A model generated the notes under the pieces. The model searched no databases, had not been told where the DNA came from, and saw nothing but the letters and a program-made list of their open reading frames with translations. Shown in pieces: positions 19,959 through 27,675 of a stretch of DNA of 64,000 bases; positions within the stretch are counted from its first letter, which is position 1, and the number at the start of each line of letters is the position of its first letter. The stretch is from an uncultured Acidobacteriaceae bacterium (lineage in GTDB: Bacteria; Acidobacteriota; Terriglobia; Terriglobales; Acidobacteriaceae). The DNA lies in assembly GCA_963844525.1 (NCBI GenBank), contig CAWJOM010000006.1, positions 1,368,601 to 1,432,600 of the forward strand, written 5' to 3'. The position numbers and the translations under genes were made by a program.

Positions 19959-21284
19959 TTACGCGCCGATAATCTCGTGCAGCGCAGCCAGCAGGCGATC
20001 GATCTCTTCCACAGTGTTGTAGTGTACGAGGCCGATGCGCAGGAAGCCGCCGGACTTCTCGACGTCGAGGTGCTCGGTGAGGTTCAGGGCGTAGTAGTTT
20101 CCGTCCCAGGTGAAGAAGCCGCGCTCTCCGAGTTTGGTGGAGAGTTCCAGCGGAGTGTGGCCGGGTATGCGGATGGCGAGCGTCGCGCAGCGTTCGTGGA
20201 AGCGCGCGGGATCAGTGATGCCGTAGATCTTGAGCCCGGGGATCTTGCTTAGGCCGGCCATGATTCGCTGCAACAGCCCGCTTTCGTGCTCGTGGATGGC
20301 TGCGTAGGCGGCTTCAATGGCAGCGCGACGAGTCGTGATCCCTCCTGGTCGAGCTTCGCCCGACGGACGGCCGAGGCGGCCGTCCCCACATAATTCAAGC
20401 GCGCGGCGGCCGAGGTCGGCAATGTATTCCACGCAGGCGGCGATTCCGGCGATGCACTCGTGGTTGAGCGTGCCCCACTCCCAGCAATTGGGAATGGCAT
20501 TCGTGTTCGGACGCACCTTATAAGGACGCAGGCGCTTCAAGTGCTCGCGCTTGCCGAAGAGCACGCCCATATGCGGGCCGAAGAACTTGTAGGTCGAGCA
20601 CACCAGAAAATCGCAGTCGAGAGCGGCGACATCGATGAGTCCGTGCGGGCCGTAGTGGACGGCGTCGACGTAGGCCAGCGCTCCGGCGGCGTGTGCGAGG
20701 CGGACGATTTCTTTTACGGGATTGATGGTGCCGACGGCGTTGGAGGCGTATCCCACGGCGACGAGCTTCGTCCTCGAGTTGATCTTCGAGGCCAGGTCGG
20801 CCATGTCGAGCGTGCAGTCCTCGTCGTGAATCTCGGCCCAGCGGACGGTTACACCTCGATCTTCGGCCATCGCCAGCCAGGGCGAAACATTCGCGTCGTG
20901 GTCGAGGCGCGTGACGACGATCTCATCTCCGGGCTTGAGTTCGCGGCCGATTGCGCGGCGCATCGCGAACGTCAGCGTGGTCATGTTCGGACCGAAGGCG
21001 ACTTCGTCGGCGCCGCAATGCAGGAAGTCAGCCATGGCGCTGCGCGCTTCGGCGATCATGGCGTCGGTGCGGCGGCTGGTCGCGTAGGCTCCGCCGGTGT
21101 TGGCATTGTCGCGGCGCAGGTAATCGGAGATGGCGTCGATTACGCGCTGCGGGACTTGCGTTCCGCCGGGGCCGTCGAGGAATGCGGCAGGGTGTCCGTT
21201 GACGGTTTGCGCGAGCGAAGGGAACTGGGAGCGGACGTGGGTGAGGTCGAGGGCGGCGGAGATGGAGCGTTCAGTAGTCGGCAT
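19959..21284 (-). CDS. class V aminotransferase / cysteine desulfurase-like PLP enzyme (VC1184-like)
   Basis: 441 aa. RSQFPSL..FLDGPGGTQVP..LDHDAN..STYKFFGPHMG is the typical class V fold order. Confidence 0.85.
   Translation of the reverse strand: MPTTERSISAALDLTHVRSQFPSLAQTVNGHPAAFLDGPGGTQVPQRVIDAISDYLRRDNANTGGAYATSRRTDAMIAEARSAMADFLHCGADEVAFGPNMTTLTFAMRRAIGRELKPGDEIVVTRLDHDANVSPWLAMAEDRGVTVRWAEIHDEDCTLDMADLASKINSRTKLVAVGYASNAVGTINPVKEIVRLAHAAGALAYVDAVHYGPHGLIDVAALDCDFLVCSTYKFFGPHMGVLFGKREHLKRLRPYKVRPNTNAIPNCWEWGTLNHECIAGIAACVEYIADLGRRALELCGDGRLGRPSGEARPGGITTRRAAIEAAYAAIHEHESGLLQRIMAGLSKIPGLKIYGITDPARFHERCATLAIRIPGHTPLELSTKLGERGFFTWDGNYYALNLTEHLDVEKSGGFLRIGLVHYNTVEEIDRLLAALHEIIGA
20347..20390 (+). 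repeat. double-hairpin repeat lying in-frame inside the aminotransferase CDS
   Basis: GGTCGAGCTTCGCCCGACGGACGGCCGAGGCGGCCGTCCCCACA closely matches the intergenic copy at 23056-23100. Here it encodes ..CGDGRLGRPSGEARP.. Confidence 0.65.
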
Positions 21285-21386
21285 GGGGATCTATCTACTT
21301 TTATCATGGCTGCAGAGTGCGAGGGCGAGACACCCTCGCGACAGCCGGCGGGATCCTTCGGCCTCGCTCAGGGCAGGCTGCCGGCG

Positions 21387-22388
21387 CTACGCCACGGCTC
21401 TGACGAAATCTGCTAGCAGGCCGTAGGCGGTTGCGTAGAGGCCGGGATTTTCTTCCGTGATCGCCAGGCCGGGGAAGATGTCGGTTTCGAAATAGATATA
21501 GGAACTTGTGCCGGTGATTTTCGCCATCGGCGAGGTCGCTAACACTTTTTCCGGTCCGACGCTCGCCTTTACGCCGTCGGCTGTTCGCTTTGCGCGGCAG
21601 ACCAGTTTGAAGGGCCAGCCGTCGCGGCGGGCGTTGCGGAGGGCCTGCGGAGTGAGGTCGCGGATGCCGTCGCGGGAGATTTCTTCAAGCTTCACGGGCA
21701 CATCCATCAGGACCGTGATCAGCGCAGCGGTTTTTACGGCGGCATCCCAGCCATCGATGTCGTGGGTGGCGTCGGTTTCGGCGATGCCGAGCGCTTGCGC
21801 TTTCTTCAGGGCTTCGTCGAAGGTGAGTCCCTGCTCCATCTCGCTGAGGATCACGTTGGTCGTTGAGTTGAGGATTCCGTGGAAGCCCTGCAGGTGGATG
21901 GCGGGGAGTTGGTCGAAAAGGGAAAAGATAGGCACGCCATCCATGACCGTGGATTCGAAGAGGAATCGTTTGCCTTGCTTCGCGGCCAGGTCGCGGAGTT
22001 CGCGGTAGGCGTGGACGATGGGTCCTTTGTTGGCGGTGATGGCGTGGGCTCCGTGCTCGAGTGCGGCGCGGATGTGGGTGACGGCGGGTTCGCCGTCCTT
22101 CACGTTGAGAGAGGTGGCTTCGAAGAGGACGTCGGCTTGCGCGGCGGCGAGCCATTCGCGGACGCCTTGCGAAGAGGGCTGGCTGGCGCGAAGATTCGCA
22201 TTCGGATCCACGCCTTTGGGATCGGCGATCCAACCCAGGCTTCTTGAGGCCACTCCGGTGATGCGGTAGGCGATGCCGTGGCGCGTGCGGAGTTCTTCGG
22301 CGCGGTCTTCGAGGAGACGGACCAGAGTCCGGTTGACGTTGCCGTAGCCTAGGAAGCAGAGGTTGTACGTGCGGATGCGACCTCGCAG
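21387..22388 (-). CDS. hom: homoserine dehydrogenase (start codon unresolved)
   Basis: ORF track 21387..22253. The same frame is open to 22391 and encodes the Rossmann N-terminus CFLGYGNVNRTLV. Downstream motifs are ANKGP, ESTVMDGVPI and GILNSTTN. Confidence 0.8.
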   Translation of the reverse strand: MRGRIRTYNLCFLGYGNVNRTLVRLLEDRAEELRTRHGIAYRITGVASRSLGWIADPKGVDPNANLRASQPSSQGVREWLAAAQADVLFEATSLNVKDGEPAVTHIRAALEHGAHAITANKGPIVHAYRELRDLAAKQGKRFLFESTVMDGVPIFSLFDQLPAIHLQGFHGILNSTTNVILSEMEQGLTFDEALKKAQALGIAETDATHDIDGWDAAVKTAALITVLMDVPVKLEEISRDGIRDLTPQALRNARRDGWPFKLVCRAKRTADGVKASVGPEKVLATSPMAKITGTSSYIYFETDIFPGLAITEENPGLYATAYGLLADFVRAVA

Positions 22389-22447
22389 GGGCTAAAGCCC
22401 ATCGATTTCTGACGCTGACGCGGCGCTGAAGCGCCGCTCTTCCACGG
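22388..22447 (+). repeat. bipartite GCT(G/A)AAGC-loop hairpin element
   Basis: GGGGCTAAAGCCC (22388-22400), a spacer, then GCGGCGCTGAAGCGCCGC (22420-22437) followed by TCTTCCACGG. Confidence 0.65.
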
Positions 22448-22513
22448 TTGACCTATGCCAGGGATCAGCTTCCCCATTCGCACAGGGGCGTTCCGGTCTT
22501 CAAGTCTCGCATT

Positions 22514-22584
22514 CCCATGTCTCGCAAAACCAGCGAGACATGGGGCATCCCCGCAACGTTGAAACCTTGAAACTCTGAAACCTT
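22514..22584. repeat. 11-bp hairpin plus GTTTCA(A/G)AG periodic arm
   Basis: CCCATGTCTCG (22514-22524) pairs with CGAGACATGGG (22534-22544). Then TTGAAACCTTGAAACTCTGAAACC follows, the reverse complement of the arm type seen at 32102-32134. It sits just 3' of the PPOX gene stop. Confidence 0.5.
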
Positions 22585-22588
22585 ATTC

Positions 22589-22987
22589 TTATCCCATCAC
22601 CGTGGTGTGTTCGGGCTTGATCTTGTAGATGACGCGGACTTCGCTGGGCTGGGCGTAGGGATATTTATCGACGCCGAGATATTTTTTCGCCAGCTTGTTG
22701 ATGTTGTCGTCGGCGCCGTCTTCGGTGATCTCGACGACCCGGCCGCGGATCTCAAGATAGCGGTACGGGTTTTCGGGATCGATGATGGCGAGCGAGACGC
22801 GGGGATCGCGGCGCACGTTGCGGTCTTTCTGGCGTCCCTTGGCCGAGTTGAAGATCACGTGCTCGCCGTCGAAGTCGCACCATACGGGCGTGACTTGCGG
22901 GCGGCCGTCCGGCATCAACGTCCCCAGGCTGGCAAAGGCCCGCTTCTGAAAAAGATCGCGGTACTTCTCGGGGATCACTTGCGACAT
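22589..22987 (-). CDS. pyridoxamine 5'-phosphate oxidase-family (PPOX class) protein
   Basis: ORF 22589..23101 trimmed to the ATG at 22987 with a GGAGG RBS. GTLMPDGRPQVTPVW ... RRDPRVSLAIID ... YLEIRGRV is typical of the family. Confidence 0.8.
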   Translation of the reverse strand: MSQVIPEKYRDLFQKRAFASLGTLMPDGRPQVTPVWCDFDGEHVIFNSAKGRQKDRNVRRDPRVSLAIIDPENPYRYLEIRGRVVEITEDGADDNINKLAKKYLGVDKYPYAQPSEVRVIYKIKPEHTTVMG

Positions 22988-23055
22988 AAGAACCTCCGGA
23001 AAATTGGATTGCAGCAGCATTATAGACCGCGAACGACCGTGGGAGGGCGGCTTGC

Positions 23056-23100
23056 GGTCGAGCTTCGCTCGACGGACAGCCGGGGGCGGCTGTCCCCACA
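23056..23100 (+). repeat. double-hairpin repeat, intergenic copy
   Basis: GTCGAGC-TTC-GCTCGAC and GGACAGCC-GGGGGC-GGCTGTCC hairpins. It is the sister copy of 20347-20390. Confidence 0.65.
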
Positions 23101-23146
23101 TTTTTCGCTTCCCGTTTTTCGTCTCTTGGGTAGAATTGTGGCCCTA

Positions 23147-24085
23147 ATGAATCGACTCCGAAAAACCTGCAGCCTTAGAGAGCAACTCGCAATCGTCCTC
23201 ACAACAATGTTGTTCTTCGTGGCGGTTTCGCTTCCGCCGCTGCTTGCGGCGAGCGAGGCTGCGCAAAAATATCCGCCGACGATCGTGTTTATGACGGATT
23301 TTGGAGTGGTCGACGACTCGGTCGCCCTTTGTCGCGGCGTGATGTACGGCATTATGCCCGACGTGCGCATTGTCGATCTGACGCATCAGGTGACGCCATT
23401 TTCGATTCTCGACGGAGCGCGGTTTCTGTATGGCGCGACGCCATACTTTCCGGCAGGCACCGTGTTTGTGGTGGTGATTGATCCTACCGTCGGGAGCACG
23501 AGGAAAGCCATCGTCGCCAAGTCGAAACGAGGGCAATATTTCGTGCTGCCGGATAACGGGCTGCTCACGCTGGTCGAGCAACGCGATGGGATTGAAGCGG
23601 TGCGCGAGATTACGAATCCGGAGTGGATGATCGGCAGCAAGCTGTCATCGACATTTCACGGACGCGACATTTTCTCGCCGGCGGGCGCGCATGTGGCGCG
23701 CGGCGATGACTGGACCAAGGCCGGGCCGGAGGTGGCGGTGAAGGATCTGGTGCGGCTGGAGTTGAAGGCCGCCACGCTGGATGATCGCGGCTTGAGCGCC
23801 ATGGTGATCGCGACCGACGGGCCGTTCGGAAATCTCGTCACGAATGTCGACGCGGAGGATTTTCTGAAGCTGGGTTACCAGCGTGGACAGGAAGTGCCGG
23901 TGACGGTGGGCGGCAAAGAGATGAGGATCAAGTTCGTGAAGACGTTCAGCGATGTGGCGCTGGGACAGCCTCTCCTCTATATTGACTCGCGCGGACATCT
24001 GGCGATGGCGGTAAACCAGAATAGTTTTGCCGCGACCTATGGGATTAAGCCGCCGGCGGCGCTGTTGATTCCGCGGGCGAAATGA
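23147..24085 (+). CDS. SAM hydrolase / SAM hydroxide adenosyltransferase family (DUF62), with N-terminal signal or anchor
   Basis: ORF 22607..24085 trimmed to the ATG at 23147 (the upstream part is antisense to the PPOX gene). Motifs are IVFMTDFG, VIDPTVGS, VLPDNGLL and STFHGRDIF. Confidence 0.8.
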   Translation: MNRLRKTCSLREQLAIVLTTMLFFVAVSLPPLLAASEAAQKYPPTIVFMTDFGVVDDSVALCRGVMYGIMPDVRIVDLTHQVTPFSILDGARFLYGATPYFPAGTVFVVVIDPTVGSTRKAIVAKSKRGQYFVLPDNGLLTLVEQRDGIEAVREITNPEWMIGSKLSSTFHGRDIFSPAGAHVARGDDWTKAGPEVAVKDLVRLELKAATLDDRGLSAMVIATDGPFGNLVTNVDAEDFLKLGYQRGQEVPVTVGGKEMRIKFVKTFSDVALGQPLLYIDSRGHLAMAVNQNSFAATYGIKPPAALLIPRAK

Positions 24086-24099
24086 AAGCAGAGCTGCGG

Positions 24100-24273
24100 T
24101 TGTCATGCTGAGCGGAGTGAGGATGATCGCGAAGCGATCATCCTTGCGGAGTCGAAGCATCCCTGCCTTGAGAGAGTCGCGGAAGGCACCCCTGCAGCAT
24201 ATTTGACTATAGGGATGCTTCGACTGCGAACGACCTTCGCTTCGCGCAGGTCGTTCTTCGCTCAGCACGACAA
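24100..24273. repeat. 174-bp MITE-like palindromic element with 15-bp terminal inverted repeats
   Basis: TTGTCATGCTGAGCG (24100-24114) versus CGCTCAGCACGACAA (24259-24273), 14/15 complementary. Internal nested stems include GTCGAAGCATCCCT / AGGGATGCTTCGAC. Confidence 0.65.
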
Positions 24274-24302
24274 TTTCGCGGAGTTCATGAATTCTGTGGA
24301 GA

Positions 24303-25139
24303 TTACGACTCGAAGTGGGTCATCCTCGGTAACACCGCGCGCAGCAAGGCTTCGAACGTGGTCTTGACGCGCTCGCCGGTTTCCATGACTTCGGCGTGGG
24401 AGAGTGGCTGATCGAGAATCCCTGCGGCCATGTTCGTGACGCAGGAAATTGCGAGCACTTTGATTCCCATGTGGCGCGCGGCGATTGTTTCCGCCACGGT
24501 CGACATTCCCACCAGGTCGGCGCCAATTCTTCGCAGGTATTCAATCTCGGCTGGTGTTTCGTAGCTCGGGCCGAGCAGTCCGGCATAGACGCCTTCGTGC
24601 TGCGGGATGCCCAGTTTGGCGGCTTCTTCGCGCGCGATCTGGCGATACTCTTTGGCGTAGGCGTGCGTCATGTCGGGGAAGCGCACGCCGAAGCGGTCGT
24701 CGTTGGGGCCGACCAGCGGATTCGCTCCTTGCAGGTTGATGTGATCGCGGATCACGACCAGCGCGCCTTGCGAATAGCTGAGGTTGATGCCTCCGGCGGC
24801 GTTGGTGAGGATGACGGCGCGAATGCCCATGCGTCCGAAAACGCGGATGGGGAACGTGACTTCCTGCGGGGAATATCCTTCATAAAGATGCACGCGGCCT
24901 TGCATGGCAGCGACGGGCACGGCGCCGGCGTGGCCGAGGACCATTTGTCCGGCGTGGCCGATGGCGGTCGAGCGCGGGAAGGCAGGGATGTCGGAGTAGG
25001 GCACGGTTGTGGCACCGGTGAGCGAGGCGGCGAATCCGCCGAGGCCCGAGCCGAGGACGAGGGCGATTTTCGGGCGGAGTGCGGTGCGGTTCAGGATCAG
25101 TTGCGCGGCGGAGTCGGCGAGTGCGAATTGGTCGGGCAT
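24303..25139 (-). CDS. purine nucleoside phosphorylase (trimeric inosine/guanosine type)
   Basis: ORF trimmed to the ATG at 25139. Motifs are LGSGLG, GRVHLYEGY, GPSYETPAE and VGMSTVAETIAARHMG. Confidence 0.85.
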   Translation of the reverse strand: MPDQFALADSAAQLILNRTALRPKIALVLGSGLGGFAASLTGATTVPYSDIPAFPRSTAIGHAGQMVLGHAGAVPVAAMQGRVHLYEGYSPQEVTFPIRVFGRMGIRAVILTNAAGGINLSYSQGALVVIRDHINLQGANPLVGPNDDRFGVRFPDMTHAYAKEYRQIAREEAAKLGIPQHEGVYAGLLGPSYETPAEIEYLRRIGADLVGMSTVAETIAARHMGIKVLAISCVTNMAAGILDQPLSHAEVMETGERVKTTFEALLRAVLPRMTHFES

Positions 25140-25239
25140 GCGCGCGGTGTCCTCGCGGGATCCCTCGCTTCGCCTGAAACCCGGCTCCGCTCGGGATGAC
25201 GCCATCATTCTAGAACTCGAGTTTAACCAACTCAGGAAT

Positions 25240-25839
25240 CTACAAATCGCCGTCGGACAGATGGCGGCCGTGGCCGTTGCGGTCCAGCCAATCATACAGA
25301 AATGTTTGATACAGATAAGAGGCGACGATCTCCTCGCCGAGTTCGTGGCTTTCGGTGCAGATGAAGGGTACGCGCAATCCGGCGAGGACGGCGATGAGCG
25401 ATTGCGTGATGCGGTTGGGATTCGCGGCGCGGTAGGGATACTCCGACTTGATCTCGGTCAACGACGCGGTGACCACGAGCAGACTGTGCGGGCGCTCGCT
25501 CATGCGGTGCAGCCGGCTGATGAAGACTTTGCGGTTCGTCGTGAAGGACTGAATGAGGTCCGCGAGGTCTTTGCGCTCGACGATGCAGGAGTCTTCCATG
25601 CCGCTGACCGAGTAGTCACCGAGCGGCAGGGCGCGCTCTTCAATGTCGGCGAACCACTTTCGAAAGCGGCGGAAGGAGAGCGGATTCTGTTCGCGAGTGT
25701 CGATGATGGCTATGGGGAGCGGGGTGCGGAGTTGCGTGCCTCCGCGGTCGGCGACGACCGGAAGGAGTGGAGGGGCGACTGGCGTGGCGGTTGGCGACCA
25801 CGCTAAGGGAGACGGGATTAGGGTTCGTTTGCGGGGCAT
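25240..25839 (-). CDS. stand-alone ERCC4 (XPF/Mus81-type) nuclease domain protein
   Basis: ORF trimmed to the ATG at 25839. IIDTREQNP ... LPLGDYSV ... IVERKDLADLIQS matches the GDxn-ERKxxxD signature. Confidence 0.7.
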   Translation of the reverse strand: MPRKRTLIPSPLAWSPTATPVAPPLLPVVADRGGTQLRTPLPIAIIDTREQNPLSFRRFRKWFADIEERALPLGDYSVSGMEDSCIVERKDLADLIQSFTTNRKVFISRLHRMSERPHSLLVVTASLTEIKSEYPYRAANPNRITQSLIAVLAGLRVPFICTESHELGEEIVASYLYQTFLYDWLDRNGHGRHLSDGDL

Positions 25840-25924
25840 GTCTGTACCAGAAACTCGCGGCAGTTGTTCTGTTTTCCGATGTGGGGCGTGACGCCCCACC
25901 ACAGCCGCCGAGACGGCGGTGCTA

Positions 25925-27475
25925 CTAAAACCTACTTTCGAAGCCCATGAACTCGGCTTCCAGCTTCCATTGTTCGCGGGCGCGCTCGTTGGCGGCAAGA
26001 AATTTCGCACACGCGGCGGACGGTTTTTCTTGTCCCAGAGATCCCGACGCGCATGCGGCCACCGGGCGGAACCCGGCTTTCGTTTCCGCCCACAGGCTTT
26101 GCCCTGGTAAAAAGCTGTGCTCGATGCTCTGGCGTGTCATCCTCTTTAACTCCGTATAGGACAGGTGATAGCCCTCGACGGCGCGCAGGTATTCATGCGT
26201 CATGTCAGAGCGGGCTACGCCCTCGTCATCACTGGAAATCGCGACCGGGACTCCATACTTCATATAGACCGGCAGCGGGTGATCGTCGCCGCTCACGCCG
26301 AGAATCTGATCGTTCGATGTCAGGTTAATCTCGACCAGCACGTTGCGCGCGGCCATTTCCTTCATCAGGCCGATTGGATCCTTCTCGCTCATGACGTCAA
26401 CGCCGTGGCCGATGCGCTCGGCGTGGCCGCGCTCGACCGAGGCGCGAATGTGAAACGTGAGATCCTCGGGCTTCACCAGTCCGGCCGCGAGTTCGCCGGC
26501 GTGCAGGCTGATGTGCACCTTGGGATAGACGCCGTGCAGGTAATCGAGCATGGCCATGTGCTCGTGGAAATCATGAATGGGAACGTACCAGTCTTCGGGC
26601 ATGACCAGATTCAATCCCACGAAGCGCGGGTCCGTCGCGGCCAGTTCGAATCCCAGCAGGATCTGCGCGAAGACGGCTTCGTGTGGCAAGCCCCGCAGCA
26701 CTTGATAAAGGTAGCGGACGGTGACGTTGCATCCGGGCTCGGCGTCGGGCGTGCCGCACTTCAGCTCGGTGCGGGCGCGAGCGTCGTCTTCGGCCAGAGT
26801 TTTGCTGGTCGCGGCGGCGATTTCTTTCAGGCCGCCGGCCAGAAGCTTTTCGCGCATCTTCGCGTAGTCGCCGTCCCAGCCGAGTTGCATGCCGAGTTTC
26901 GGGGCGGCGCCTCCGTCGGCGGTGTGCATGAATTCGATGTACTGCACGTGCTCGCGGGCGGCGCGGTTGACGATGGTGGAGACGCCTTCCGCTACATGGT
27001 TATGAGACGTGAGACCGAACTTATCGAAGGTGGCGAAGAAGTGGTCGTGGCCAGACTCATCCCCGGCGCGCCAGTTGCGCATCGACCAGGCGTCGATGAT
27101 CTGGTTGTAGAGGATGTGGTCGTCATAGGCGCAGCGAATGCTGGGCTTGGGCGTGTAGTGTTCGCAGGAATCGCAGGGAGCGCCGAGCAGCTTCGAAGTG
27201 GTGCGGTCGATGCAGAAATTGTCGGAGGCGGCGAAGTCGAGCAGGTCTTCCGCGTAGATTGCGCCGTCCAGATGATTGTGCAGGTCTCCGCCCTTGGGCA
27301 CGTCGTGCAGGAAGGCAAGCAGCAATGGAGGCTGGTTGCGGACCGAGTCGAGATAGCGCGCGGTTTTCTGCTCGGCGGTCTGCGCCGCGGCGAGGGCAGC
27401 AAGAACGATGAGGATCGAATAACTGCGCAGGGCTTTCAGGATCACTGGCGCTCCTTGAAGAATCAGGAAGGGCAT
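25925..27475 (-). CDS. adenosine deaminase, long secreted ADGF/ADA2-like form
   Basis: ORF trimmed to the ATG at 27475. Signal peptide ILIVLAALAAAQTAEQ. Motifs are HNHLDGAIY, SLHAGE and ISSDDEG. Confidence 0.8.
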   Translation of the reverse strand: MPFLILQGAPVILKALRSYSILIVLAALAAAQTAEQKTARYLDSVRNQPPLLLAFLHDVPKGGDLHNHLDGAIYAEDLLDFAASDNFCIDRTTSKLLGAPCDSCEHYTPKPSIRCAYDDHILYNQIIDAWSMRNWRAGDESGHDHFFATFDKFGLTSHNHVAEGVSTIVNRAAREHVQYIEFMHTADGGAAPKLGMQLGWDGDYAKMREKLLAGGLKEIAAATSKTLAEDDARARTELKCGTPDAEPGCNVTVRYLYQVLRGLPHEAVFAQILLGFELAATDPRFVGLNLVMPEDWYVPIHDFHEHMAMLDYLHGVYPKVHISLHAGELAAGLVKPEDLTFHIRASVERGHAERIGHGVDVMSEKDPIGLMKEMAARNVLVEINLTSNDQILGVSGDDHPLPVYMKYGVPVAISSDDEGVARSDMTHEYLRAVEGYHLSYTELKRMTRQSIEHSFLPGQSLWAETKAGFRPVAACASGSLGQEKPSAACAKFLAANERAREQWKLEAEFMGFESRF

Positions 27476-27540
27476 TGTAATTCGGGGGAATGGAGCACGC
27501 CAATTGCTGCAGAGGTCTCCAATCCAAAACCTTCGCCACA

Positions 27541-27605
27541 AAGGACACGAAGTATCACGAAGGTAGTAGCTTGCCGTCGTTTCCTTTGTGAAACTTTGTG
27601 TCCTT
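27541..27605. repeat. imperfect 23-nt inverted repeat
   Basis: AAGGACACGAAGTATCACGAAGG versus CCTTTGTGAAACTTTGTGTCCTT (about 20/23 complementary), lying between divergent genes. Confidence 0.5.
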
Positions 27606-27675
27606 CGGGGTTACGGTCTTAACTCCGTTTGTGCAAACTGACCCACTGCTACCTACTCTGCTACATTGTTTTCTT

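Noticed and set aside
22607-23146. N-terminal 180 aa of the 492-aa ORF 22607..24085
   Set aside because: This part is antisense to the PPOX-family gene and crosses an intergenic repeat. The DUF62 homology begins after the ATG at 23147, which is followed by a signal-like segment.
24303-25295. 5' extensions of several ORF-track entries (24303..25295, 25240..26010, 25925..27541, 27598.., 28700.., 34012.., 47769.., 59888.. and others)
   Set aside because: The extensions cross intergenic repeats or neighbouring genes. Internal ATGs with an RBS, a signal peptide or the onset of family homology give better starts, and the coordinates were trimmed accordingly.
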